Source of the DNA: Flectonema sp. DT1601
Lineage: Eukaryota
Reading direction: 5' to 3'
NCBI GenBank assembly: GCA_964019425.1
Contig: OZ025805.1
Span: 620,001 to 684,000 of the forward strand
DNA: 64,000 nucleotides
How positions within the stretch are numbered: position 1 is the first letter of the stretch; every line of letters starts with the position of its first letter. The notes beneath the pieces were generated by a model. The model had not been told where the DNA came from. It searched no databases and saw nothing but the letters and a program-made list of their open reading frames with translations. Both the position numbers and the translations under genes were made by a program. Shown here piece by piece: positions 37,301 through 47,309 of the stretch.

Positions 37301-38077
37301 ATCCGTAAGGTTCACTTGGTCTGTTACTGACTGTACAATTAGTAGCGACGTTATTAATCCCAGCTGGTGTTCCGTCGATCTGTCTCCAATTCTCCCACGG
37401 AGATACCGCAAGGAATAGTGATGGTCTATCAAATCTTGCATCAGCTTCATTCATCACGTGACCAGTTGCTTGTCCGTTTGGGTTTTCGTATGGTCGTTTT
37501 GCGACTACTATCGTTCCTGTTGTTATTATTATTATTATTTATTTTTTTGAGGAAAAAAACTTTTAAATTTTGAAACTATTCAGAAATACACACCGGTTGA
37601 AACTTGAATTTGAACAGGAACAGGCTGAAGATCGACAGTTGCTCCACCCGAGAGGACAGAATCAGGAAGTGTTATGTTCAGAAACTCATCCTTATTTATA
37701 TCGAATTCAGGAACAGCGTTAAAACTAATAACAAAAGTAGTTGTAGTTACCGATATTGTCGTCGTATCGACAAGTGATATTTTATGTGCATTAAACCCAT
37801 CTGGTTCTACAGAGAGCTCGGGTGTGCCACCAACATCAAGAGTCCCAGTAAATAATGAATTTATCACAGATTGCTTTACAGCATTTGTCATTCCCGTATC
37901 AAAAGAAGCTCCAGCTACTGTTATTGTAAGTCCTCCATCACCTCCTTGGTATGCTGTTCCTCTATTTAACTCTTGTTCTGTTGTTACTTCTTCAACCCTA
38001 CTAATTGTTAGAATCCCCTGTCCAAGACATTCATAAAGTAGTGTAGCAACAGTTATTATTCTTAAGACGGTATTCAT
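19338..38077 (-). CDS. Giant (~5,998 aa) cell-surface protein: signal peptide, tandem beta-rich repeats, polycystin-1-like multi-pass membrane region (9 exons)
   Basis: Exons 38077-37594, 37516-26959, 26893-26166, 26095-25610, 25535-24701, 24631-23070, 22990-22146, 21932-21819, 21722-19338 sum to 17,997 nt and every junction is in frame. N-terminal signal peptide; C-terminal TMs with HMWSA...HTRVRR. Confidence 0.85.
21967..22114 (-). mobile_element. ~150-nt inserted element (SINE-like or other non-autonomous element) in intron 7 of the giant gene
   Basis: GC-richer insert makes this intron 213 nt, against 65-96 nt for the gene's other introns. Its 38-nt end (21967-22004) recurs at 39454-39491, and both copies abut an oligo(A) on the minus strand. 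Confidence 0.6.
22992..23014. repeat. (CA)n/(TG)n microsatellite forming an intron 3' end
   Basis: Minus strand reads ...ACACACACACAG directly at the acceptor (22991). Confidence 0.9.
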
Positions 38078-38402
38078 TAATTACCTTTACTCAGAGCATA
38101 TGAAGGGGGGCAGATAAAAAAAAATGGGGCTACCCTCCCTCTCTGTGAAGAATAAAAACATAAACATCATAAAATACAAAAAAAAATAAAATAATAATAA
38201 TACCATCAAACAACCAATGGAATAACTGTTAATGTCTATGATTGGTTATGTATCTCTCACACAGTGATACTGACAATATGCTAGATCTAACTACAAGCTT
38301 TATAACAGCAGCAGTATTTATATACGCCATTTAAATAACATTCGCTTGGAATCTTCAGAATGTAAGAAAGCAATTGAAATTACAATTCCTCTCTTTCGCT
38401 GC

Positions 38403-39260
38403 CTAAGTTAAATTTGTTGCTATCATTCGGTGTGGTAATTCTCCGTTGCCGATTATGTGGGGTCTCTTGTCGTCAATATCAACAGAAGAATCACTTCGAC
38501 GACGTTTTTCTTTAACAACTTCAACTTGATCTGAAAAATAGCTGTCGAGGTGAACGTTGAGGTGTTCTCTTGATGAAAAACACTCAGAGCAAAGAGGACA
38601 TTCCTTTAAATTAAAACCTGGAGTGTTGTCAGGGTAATCTTGTGTTCCTAAGAGACACATTGGTGGTCGCAATTCCGGAGGAGCATTATAATTACATTCA
38701 CAGTCTGCACGTGTTAGGGTGATGGTATTACCCATCACATATTGGTTAAATATTGGGTCTACCACTGTTGTTATTTTGTATCCTAATTTATCCCAAAAAG
38801 GTCTCGCGGTGTTCGTTGCGTGAACAATCACTTCGTTTTGATCCTTCGACAATTCGTATTCCAACCTTCTCATTAAACCATTTCCTCTAAATTCACGAGT
38901 AGTAGTCGCAAATAAAATATGAAGTTCCATACTGCTAACTCGAGTAAATGGAGATGCTACTAAACAACTGACAACAGTCCCATCAGAATCAAACAAAGCC
39001 AAGACGACTGCCACAGTTTGAGCGTTTTTCCTTCGAGTTCCACGTCTGTTCATGCTGGTGAGCAAATCAGAAATACCCTTTGTTGCCGTAGTTACTCCGA
39101 ATTCAAGATAAATAGCATCCCTCACTTTATTTAATTCTACTGAACAGGTGCATCTACTCAGCCGTAGTTGAACAGAACTGTGATATGAATAGATCGATCC
39201 TAGTCCTGAACCAGATATCCATTTTACTATATTTTTATCATCCCAACGAAACTGGTTCAT
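38403..39260 (-). CDS. GNAT-family acetyltransferase with C-terminal zinc-finger-like motif (~285 aa)
   Basis: FATTTREFRGNGLMRRL (acetyl-CoA motif A), ARPFWDKLGY (motif B), CPLCSECFSSREHLNVHLD. First in-frame ATG is at 39260; start uncertain. Confidence 0.8.
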   Translation of the reverse strand: MNQFRWDDKNIVKWISGSGLGSIYSYHSSVQLRLSRCTCSVELNKVRDAIYLEFGVTTATKGISDLLTSMNRRGTRRKNAQTVAVVLALFDSDGTVVSCLVASPFTRVSSMELHILFATTTREFRGNGLMRRLEYELSKDQNEVIVHATNTARPFWDKLGYKITTVVDPIFNQYVMGNTITLTRADCECNYNAPPELRPPMCLLGTQDYPDNTPGFNLKECPLCSECFSSREHLNVHLDSYFSDQVEVVKEKRRRSDSSVDIDDKRPHIIGNGELPHRMIATNLT

Positions 39261-39453
39261 GTCATGTGTGATGCCTGTTAAACAAAGACAATTATTTAAT
39301 CTGATTGGTAAGGGACTCACAGTGATAGGAGACACGATCCAGAGCAATGGATTGTCACAACAAACATTTATTTTTTGTTTTTAAAAAATACCTGAAAAAA
39401 GAAATAAAGTTAAATTCCAACCTTAGCAGCAGTGGTAATAATAGTTTTTTTTT

Positions 39454-39491
39454 GCACCGACAAAGTCGGAGAAGAAACTATTCAGATTAAG
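39454..39491 (-). mobile_element. Truncated second copy of the intronic element end
   Basis: 35/38 identical to 21967-22004; contains hairpin CCGAC-AAA-GTCGG; followed by A9 on the minus strand. Confidence 0.6.
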
Positions 39492-39977
39492 AGCCCGTTT
39501 TATTTATTATGTCAAAAAGGTTCCGCTCGACAGTAATACTTGTCTGCGATCAACAGAATAGAAGGCTTAAAATAAACCAATTGCTCCTTAATACATAATA
39601 ATAAGAGAGAAAACCATAAAGAGGAACAAGTCACTCCTTGGGGAGACTTGCGAAAGAAATTGAAATAAATTTGTGTAGTAATACTGCTTTGGTTTGTTTT
39701 AACTTCTTATCATTGCGAAGTACAGGAAAAAGTAAATAAAAAAAATAAAAAAAAGAATTGGAATAAGAAGACCCATCAAAACTTAACGCGATGTTATCTC
39801 TCGCATTTGCGATGATTCTTTTTGTACTCCACGATGGATTCCTTAATACGCACAGTTTGTTCTGTTCTATCAGTGACGCATCCTGTTAGGTGCGTACCTT
39901 TTAAAAACACAAAATTTTGATACCAAGCAAACTATTAATCGCCGGATAGATTGTGAAGATTAGATAGCAGCTTACAT

Positions 39978-40187
39978 ATCGACAATATTAAACGGAGTTT
40001 GATCACTAGATTCTCCAGTGGAGTCATTTGATTACTGTATTTTTCAAGCTCAAAAGGAATAACAATTTCTCCGACAATCTTGACTGTCAGCGGCAGCGTA
40101 GTAAATGACTGCAAATAAATAAATAATACCGCTGGAGGGGGAAATCGACAATACTAAGCGGAGTTTGATCACCAGGTTCTCCAGTGG
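39978..40187. repeat. Diverged 44-bp direct repeat (39978-40021 / 40144-40187) flanking 122 bp
   Basis: ATCGACAATATTAAACGGAGTTTGATCACTAGATTCTCCAGTGG vs ATCGACAATACTAAGCGGAGTTTGATCACCAGGTTCTCCAGTGG, 40/44 identical. Confidence 0.85.
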
Positions 40188-40355
40188 GGAAGAAAAAAAA
40201 AAAAAAAAAAAAAAAAAGAAAAAAAACCATCAGAGAAGGAAACAACAAAAATATATTTGCTGGTTTTGCATTTTATTGTTCAACATAATACACTTAAGTA
40301 TTTAAACTCCGAGAATAACAATTCGGGGGAAAAGATTTTAAAAAATCGCAACACT

Positions 40356-41630
40356 TTACGCTCCAGCGAAACTAAATCTCTGACTTGCTTTCAGAGTGTG
40401 GCTGGAAGACAATTGTGGTATCTGAGTGTAACGTTCAGAAGCAAGAGAGCGACGCATATTCTCAAGAAGGTCGATTAGAGGTAGTTTTGGTGTCTCACCC
40501 AAAACAGAACAGATTGCTAGTGTGCAAGCACCTCCTGCTTCACCGCTGGATGTGCAGGTGTCAGCTGACGTCTGATTGTCTTGACAACCAGAAAGCATAA
40601 ACACAGTTCCTGCTGGATTGTTTCTATTAGATTCCGATCCTCTGATCGTAACACTTCCTCCAGAACGCGCTCTTGCTATTCCTTCACGAGAACCAGTAAA
40701 GTTAAAAGGAAGATCCATAATAGAACCTGAGTGACAACAATCCATTACAGCAGTTAGTCGACATCCAGCAGGTACATACTTCACACATAGTTTATAAATA
40801 TCATCATCAATGATCAATCCATGAGTCTCACAGTCACTTGGGCAGATTGCTTCATCCATTCCGTCAACTTCATGTTTATCATGTTTAGCTTTAACTTGAG
40901 TTCCATGTCCTGAGAAGTGTAGGAATATGTTATCTCCAGGTTGGTTGTCGCTCCCTAACCATTTCATCGCCTCTATTATGTTCTTCTTCGTTGGTTGTCC
41001 AGTTCTGTCTCTAAATTTCTTTTCATCAACGAATATTTTAGAATTCAAAATTTTCATTTTACATTTTTTCTCAAGAAGATTTTTCATCATACGAACATCG
41101 TTGACACACCCTTGAAGGGGAGCAGATGACCCGGGGTAGTTTACACCAATGAATACAGCTTTCTTTATTACTTTACCTGATGATGTGGCTGGAGTGGTTG
41201 GTGAAGTTGTGATTTCTGAATTGATCGGTGTGTAGGAATTGTCTTCGTCGCTGTCTTCTTCATCTTCTTCGTCTTCTTCTTCTTCCTCCTCCTCTTCGTA
41301 AAGATCGTAAACGAGTTCCTGAAACTCTTCGAAGCTGATGGTACCGTCGTCATCTGTGTCGTAGTCTTTTGCGAGGTTACGAAGTTCTTTCTTTGTAAAG
41401 AAGTATCCCAGAGATTGCAGTGCTCTGTTTAAAGCTTTTTTGTACATGAAACCTTTCCCTCCATCAAAAGAGTCGAATACAGCTTGAAGCTCTTCATCCT
41501 CACTGTACTCACTGCATTCCTCTTCTTCTTCATCTTCCCAGTCACAGTCTTCAATGTCGGAATAGTCCTCATATGTGACCTCTGGGTAGTCAGTTTTTGA
41601 CTTCTTTTTTTGCTTTTTGTCTTTTCCCAT
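40356..41630 (-). CDS. Metacaspase (peptidase C14) with N-terminal EF-hand pair (424 aa)
   Basis: KAVFIGVNY, LQGCVND, FSGHG (catalytic His), DGMDEAICPSD, DCCHSG (catalytic Cys), SGCQDNQTSAD. EF-hand DTDDDGTISFEEF sits between acidic tracts. Confidence 0.93.
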   Translation of the reverse strand: MGKDKKQKKKSKTDYPEVTYEDYSDIEDCDWEDEEEEECSEYSEDEELQAVFDSFDGGKGFMYKKALNRALQSLGYFFTKKELRNLAKDYDTDDDGTISFEEFQELVYDLYEEEEEEEEDEEDEEDSDEDNSYTPINSEITTSPTTPATSSGKVIKKAVFIGVNYPGSSAPLQGCVNDVRMMKNLLEKKCKMKILNSKIFVDEKKFRDRTGQPTKKNIIEAMKWLGSDNQPGDNIFLHFSGHGTQVKAKHDKHEVDGMDEAICPSDCETHGLIIDDDIYKLCVKYVPAGCRLTAVMDCCHSGSIMDLPFNFTGSREGIARARSGGSVTIRGSESNRNNPAGTVFMLSGCQDNQTSADTCTSSGEAGGACTLAICSVLGETPKLPLIDLLENMRRSLASERYTQIPQLSSSHTLKASQRFSFAGA

Positions 41631-41757
41631 CTTGTTTGATGTCTGTTGCTGTTTAAAAAAAAAATTAAAACCTACAATAATAAATCGTCAGCTTACGAAG
41701 CCAAACAAACAATGCTCTACATGAGCGAGTGAACTTATCTTCTCACATTCTATGATG

Positions 41758-42924
41758 TTAGCCAGTTAATTCTTCCTCTGGTGGAGGTCGAATCACAGCA
41801 TCTCTTAAACATCTTTGATAAATCTCAATCCAATACCCATCGGGATCCATAAGCCATGCAACTTGTGGGAAGGCTCCTTCACCTCTATTTTTAATAATGT
41901 AGATACCCGCTTCTAATGCTGCTTTTACCAATTCATCCACGTCCTCAACCATAAACCCCAAATGAGCAAATCCAACAGGCGCAGAGTTTCCGCTGTGATA
42001 AGGATACTTAGTCTCGTAGTTTTCAGTTCCTTTGTGATGCTGTAGTTCGATAGTAGGGACACGGAGAGTTTTTAATATTGTGAAAGCATCCTCAGAACGA
42101 GGGTCAAAAAGCATGTCGGAGACTCCCTCAGCATCAAGTTGGGCTCTACAGGCCATGTAATAACGTGTTATGTCACCTATGGTGTGAACACAGACAACTC
42201 TCATTAGGAAGAATCGTTCAAAGAATGGAACGCTAGCTTTTGGGTCTTTGACACGTAGTCGACAACTTGATAGTGAAGTGGGAGTGAGTTTTGCGTTACT
42301 ATAAAAAACGCTTGATTGCCTTTCTATAAGACGTATGGCATAACCATCAGGATCCTGTATAAGTATACTCGCATCTTCTGCAGTTGGTTCTGCAGTGATT
42401 TTTACTTTATTTTGATGTAATCTACGACAGATATTCGCAACGTTGTCAACCTGAAGTGTGATGCCACCAAACCCGAGGTGAGGAGGATCATTTCCAGTGC
42501 TTATTTTAAACTTGTGATCTTCTTCTGTTCCTCTAACGTGAATTAACTCTAGAACACAAGTATGTAAATGATATAAATAATCACTCGCATCCATCGTTCC
42601 AGGTCGATGACTTGTATTAGCATCAACGCTTTCAAGACCAGGAACTTTCTTCATCCGCGCAGGAGTACACCGCAATTCATCTCTAGCACCCATGTAATAT
42701 ATCCGAAATCCGTTTTGGTGAACGTCCAATATGTGTAGAACCTCAAGTCCTAAGATATTCTTATAGAATGGTAAACTCTCAATAGGATCTTTAACTCTCA
42801 TCGTATACGTGTGAAGGGACGGGACTGGTACAACAGCTTCCAAATCTTTAGGTACCTTTAAACGATAATGTCTCGCCTGCTGAGAAATAATTCCAATTTT
42901 CGAGACACGTAATAGCAATCTCAT
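41758..42924 (-). CDS. Two-domain glyoxalase I (lactoylglutathione lyase)-like protein, probably mitochondrial (388 aa)
   Basis: Two copies of RVKDP...LEL.H..GTE...GN..P.GF...DPDGY. Start taken at MRLLLRVSK (42924), an Arg-rich, acid-free presequence-like N-terminus. Confidence 0.85.
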   Translation of the reverse strand: MRLLLRVSKIGIISQQARHYRLKVPKDLEAVVPVPSLHTYTMRVKDPIESLPFYKNILGLEVLHILDVHQNGFRIYYMGARDELRCTPARMKKVPGLESVDANTSHRPGTMDASDYLYHLHTCVLELIHVRGTEEDHKFKISTGNDPPHLGFGGITLQVDNVANICRRLHQNKVKITAEPTAEDASILIQDPDGYAIRLIERQSSVFYSNAKLTPTSLSSCRLRVKDPKASVPFFERFFLMRVVCVHTIGDITRYYMACRAQLDAEGVSDMLFDPRSEDAFTILKTLRVPTIELQHHKGTENYETKYPYHSGNSAPVGFAHLGFMVEDVDELVKAALEAGIYIIKNRGEGAFPQVAWLMDPDGYWIEIYQRCLRDAVIRPPPEEELTG

Positions 42925-43224
42925 CTCTGAAGAGTGGGAGAACTGTTTTATGAAAATAAAAAAACAATAAAATGTACTCTCTCTCAGGGTCTTGAAGTCT
43001 ACCCGCTGGAACCAACGTAATAAGTCACTTTCTCGCTGTCTAAAAACTTGTAGAGGACCTTGTGAAAAAAAAAAAAAAATAAAAATAAAGTTTATACATA
43101 AACAAAACAACATGTCAGATGACAACATCAGTACCAGAAGGTAAGATGAGCAAGGCAATACATTAATGAAGAATCATTCTTTTATTTTTTTCGGTTTTTT
43201 TTTGAACATATCAAAGTGTTATTT

Positions 43225-45351
43225 CTATTTCTTTTTACGTTTCTTTCCTGAAGGTTGTTTAGGTGCAGTTGTTTTAGTTTTTTTTGGTTTTGACTGTTGT
43301 AACTTATCCCAACTACGAGAGAAACCAGAATCCCTTGGTGGAAGATTTCCAATACATTCGAGGTACGGTTGGTACTCAGGAGTGAGAATTCCGTCTTCTA
43401 TAGCAGAAGTAGGGATGTGTAAGTTGTGTTTAACAAGACAATCTTTAATCTTTGAAATAGTACGTTGTTGTTGCAGTCTTCTTAATGAAGGCACTTCCTC
43501 AACGACAGTTGTTGTTGGGAACAGCCACTGAAAGAGAGCTGCTTTACGTTGACGGTCTTCGTCGGTTTCGACTTTTTTAACTGGTGGATCTGTTTGCTTT
43601 GCAGATGGTTTTTTTTTTGAAGATTTTTCATGTTTTAAATTAGACTTTCGAGTTCCATAATACGTCCTCTTCATCGATGGGGCAAACGCTGTAAATTTAT
43701 CCGGGGTTATATCAAGGGAGACATTAGTCCCTGCTGTCCCAACTACTAAGTCTTTTGATACAGCTTTTAGTCCGTGTTTGGTTATGGAGGCTGCGAAATC
43801 ATCATCAAGGGTTTTTTTATTTTCAGAGGCATTCTTATCTTGTAAGATTTTGTCAAACATTGTAATCTCTCGGTGGTCGTATGCAGATAATGATGGATTT
43901 GGTTCTCCGTTTGGTAACGTTGAATGTGACATTCTGACTGGTTTAGTAGTAGTAGTCTGTGGGATATTATCCCACAGAGACTGACGAGGCTCTGCAGTCT
44001 TTGGTCTGGTTGATTCTGATGATCTAATTAGGTGATGAGTTCTTCCAGTTTGACTTGAGACAGTTGATGATTCGTGTCTTCGATTTATTTCCTCTTCAAT
44101 TCTAGCATGGTTGTATCCCCACATTGCAAGAGTGTCCATGAACTCTCTGTTCTCAATTGTTGTTTCTATATCTCGTGTTCTGTTGGCTACCCACACCTTA
44201 TGGATATTCGCAAGTGATTTTTCCAATAATCTCCAGTTCGGATCACTCGTATTCGATTCCCCACCCTGCTGCACCCATTGTCTTTGTAGTTCATTCCACG
44301 CAGAACCTTCTTTTTGAAGCAACTCTCTCAGTTGTTGTTTTCCTTCAACGATTAAATCTCCTTTTTCATTTACCAAATGGACGTCCTTTTCTGCTGCGAT
44401 GCTGCTTTTACTGTGGACGAAAGTAGGAGGACCTGTTGAGTTCTGACCTCCCAAACGTTGCTTAGTATAAATAATTCGAGGGTATTGTCTCGATGCTGGT
44501 TGTGGTGGTGCCGGAGGTGGAATGTCATCATCTAAAGGCGAAGCTTGGACACGTCTTCGTCGAATTTTTGAAGGCGGTGGTTGTTCTTCTTTTGGTTGTT
44601 CAGACTCCTGCTTGTCTTCGGAAGTTGAAACTGGGGGTACTTCCAATCCCGTTTCTGTTTTTATTGAAGTTACCGTTCGCTGTTCTTTACGTGCCTTCAT
44701 ATTCTCAACCATATTCTCGAGGTGTTTTTCAAGTTTTTTTGTTATAGCTGTTTGTTGTTGAGCTTCTACTTCTCTGACCATGAAGTCAAGCTTGGCTGGA
44801 TGAGTACTTTTAATAACAGGATTCACATTGGCACTTCTTTTAACGATGTCCTCTTTGCGTATCTTACCTTGAATGGGTGCTCCAGAAACTGAATCCGGAG
44901 GTGTAAATGACGCCCTTTCAGGTTGGTGTGAAACTGCATCCAAAGAAGTCATTCGCTCTAACTTCCAGTTTAAGATCATTTGCATTTTTCGTGTGTACCA
45001 TGTCCAGCATTTTTCTATGTTTATTTTTCTGCTTCCGGCATCGTTGGTCGACAAAGCCTCTCTTAATAGTGATTTTAAAATACAGCAAACAAGACTTGCG
45101 AATTTTCTTTCGACGTCACCTTTTAGAATGTAATCACTGTTTGTGTGTTTTTCTATGTCTTCGATCATTGACATTAAGTGACCGTCTTTTTCCAGTATTG
45201 GATTGCTATGAACTTGGGACAGTAAATTATAAGTTTTATCTGAAAATTGACCAGACAAATTAACATCTCCACCCCGTTTTGCAATTTCAAGTTTTTCTTC
45301 AAACCGAACTTCTCCCTCATGGAGAAGCTTATCCATGTATGTAGATGACAT
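43225..45351 (-). CDS. Hypothetical protein (708 aa), coiled-coil/disordered
   Basis: Long intact ATG-started ORF. No family recognised. Confidence 0.8.
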   Translation of the reverse strand: MSSTYMDKLLHEGEVRFEEKLEIAKRGGDVNLSGQFSDKTYNLLSQVHSNPILEKDGHLMSMIEDIEKHTNSDYILKGDVERKFASLVCCILKSLLREALSTNDAGSRKINIEKCWTWYTRKMQMILNWKLERMTSLDAVSHQPERASFTPPDSVSGAPIQGKIRKEDIVKRSANVNPVIKSTHPAKLDFMVREVEAQQQTAITKKLEKHLENMVENMKARKEQRTVTSIKTETGLEVPPVSTSEDKQESEQPKEEQPPPSKIRRRRVQASPLDDDIPPPAPPQPASRQYPRIIYTKQRLGGQNSTGPPTFVHSKSSIAAEKDVHLVNEKGDLIVEGKQQLRELLQKEGSAWNELQRQWVQQGGESNTSDPNWRLLEKSLANIHKVWVANRTRDIETTIENREFMDTLAMWGYNHARIEEEINRRHESSTVSSQTGRTHHLIRSSESTRPKTAEPRQSLWDNIPQTTTTKPVRMSHSTLPNGEPNPSLSAYDHREITMFDKILQDKNASENKKTLDDDFAASITKHGLKAVSKDLVVGTAGTNVSLDITPDKFTAFAPSMKRTYYGTRKSNLKHEKSSKKKPSAKQTDPPVKKVETDEDRQRKAALFQWLFPTTTVVEEVPSLRRLQQQRTISKIKDCLVKHNLHIPTSAIEDGILTPEYQPYLECIGNLPPRDSGFSRSWDKLQQSKPKKTKTTAPKQPSGKKRKKK

Positions 45352-47309
45352 GGTATAAAATAATGTTCTGTAAGTGAAATGAAGTTGATGTTGTTAGTTA
45401 TTACGCAAATCTGTTTTTTTTTTTTTTTTTAGTTTTGGTAATCGGTAAAAATTTGCTTTCTTCAGGTGTACACAAAACACCCTTAGAGGAAGAAATAAAA
45501 AAAACTAAAACGATCAGCCCGTCTACAAATTATGAAAAGAAACCACAGTGACATTATACATGCTCTCTCTCTCTCTTCATTTATTTATTTATTTATTTGT
45601 TCTTTTTTGTTTTTTTTTCCCTGTTTTCGACAATAGCAGGACGCGCGAATACATCGAACGAGCTGCTTCTTCGATATCTGTTCTTTTTTTTTTCTCTCTC
45701 TCCCCTTTTGAGAATAAGATTAACCTTTGAGGTGTACCAAATCCCAATAATAATAATAAAAAAAAGGAAAATTTCCTAAATCGACGTGTTTGCCATCTAA
45801 TATTGATGATCATATTTATATTAATTTTGAATACTTACATTTCATTTTTTTTTTTTTTAATTTTTTTTTTTCTAGCTACGAATCGCTAATCAAGTCACGC
45901 TTACCAATTAAGAATCATAAAGTGATTCAGTCTTTAGATTTAAATTTTTTTTTTTTTTTTTTCTTTCGATGTTTGCGTAGGGATTTTTCCCTACGAGTAG
46001 AATTCTGGCTCAGAGAATAATTCGATACCAGATGTTTTATTTTTTTTTTTTTAACTTATTTACGAAGCCTTAGGAAGCTAAAAAAAAAAAAAAAAAAAAA
46101 AACAGTCAACCGTGAGACTCTCACAGACGATACGAGACATTGAGAAAAAATAAGACAAGAAACAGATGAACTCAAAAAAAGTAAACCAAAAAAAAGAAAA
46201 TATTCATTTATGTAGTTGCCTAACCATCTAGTATGTCGTTTTAAGCCTTACTGACGGATGTACTGCATAACTAATCGGTTTCAAGGGGCTTATTCTTATA
46301 TTACTTGTCTTTCTTTTGGCAAAGTTCTGGGGACTTCATTCCAGTTTTTTTTAATAAATCGGATTTAACACGTTGTTCCATTATAAAATACCATCGGAGC
46401 TCGCCCAGACTTAGTTAGTTTTTTTTAGTATTTCGTGAGGAGGAAGTAAACCCACCTTTTTTGCTTTTCTTTTCATTTTTTTTCTTCTGTTCAAAAAAAA
46501 GGAAGTGGGTGGGGGCAACAAAAAAAAAAAAAAAAAAGGTTCGAGAGAAAATATGTGCTGCTAACATATGTCTACTGCTTTTCTTTAAAAAGGAAAACAA
46601 TTTTTTTTGATTCGGAGGGAACAAAATAACCCAAGAAAACACGTTCACGACGCTTGTTTTTTTTCACTTTCTGTAATCAACTAATGGGAAACAGAGTACC
46701 CAGAAACAATTTTTCTATTCGGGAGAATTAATTTTTCAGAAACAAGGAAAGAAAGAAAAAAAAGAAGGGGAAAAAAAAAGACTAAAAAAAACTAAACAAA
46801 TTCAACAGAAAGAAAACCTGAATAAGGGAAAGGGAGAACAAAACAGTATTAACACACGTAGGAAAAAAAAAACAGTAAAAAGTCCTTAAAAACACTTCAA
46901 AGGAAAAAGAAAAAGAAAGGAAAAAAAACAAATAATAATAATAACAATAAAGTAATAGGGTCAAAAACTGAGGAGGTAACCACAAAAATACGGAAAAAAA
47001 CAGACGTAAAATATTACGTTTGCTCCATAAAAAAAACAACGTAAACAACGCATGAGTATGAGTGGTGCTAATTAGAGAAAAAAACGGAAACTAACAATGA
47101 AAAAAACAGTGAATTGTAAATCCAACCATCATAAGAACACAAATCAAAAAAAAAAAGAAAAAAAAAAAAAAACAGAAAAAAAAAAAGGGTAAGTAATATT
47201 ACACAAAAACGCACCCTTTCAACTTACCGTGATGTTTACAGAAGTTCCTCAGTTAATACAAAAGGTTAATAATAACAATAATAATAATAATATATCGAAA
47301 AGAGAATAC

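Noticed and set aside
37572..37584. 13-nt match (GAAACTATTCAGA) to the dispersed element in intron 1 of the giant gene
   Set aside because: Too short and AT-rich to call a third copy, and the intron has normal length.
19338..38077. Broken ORFs as a pseudogene, programmed frameshifts or stop-codon reassignment
   Set aside because: Every break is explained by a GT-AG intron that restores the frame, and TAA, TAG and TGA all serve as normal stops in the window.
39445..39470. Minus-strand end ...GTCGGTGC resembles the 3' end of Cas9 tracrRNA/sgRNA
   Set aside because: Only an 8-nt match, followed by A rather than U. No nuclease gene or CRISPR array in the window.
7555..40187. Repeat-spacer-repeat units as mini CRISPR arrays
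   Set aside because: Only two copies each, repeats unrelated between loci, spacers far too long, and one repeat is clearly host coding sequence.
42925..43158. ORF-track N-terminal extensions of glyoxalase (also msrA 7094-7141 and 54784-54879)
   Set aside because: They translate U-rich upstream tracts; better starts lie just after the putative acceptor AGs.
45548..47048. Short F/K-rich ORFs and a possible micro-exon (DIEEAARSMYSR) after an A-rich CAG near 45680
   Set aside because: The ORFs derive from homopolymer runs, and I could not assemble a consistent spliced gene.
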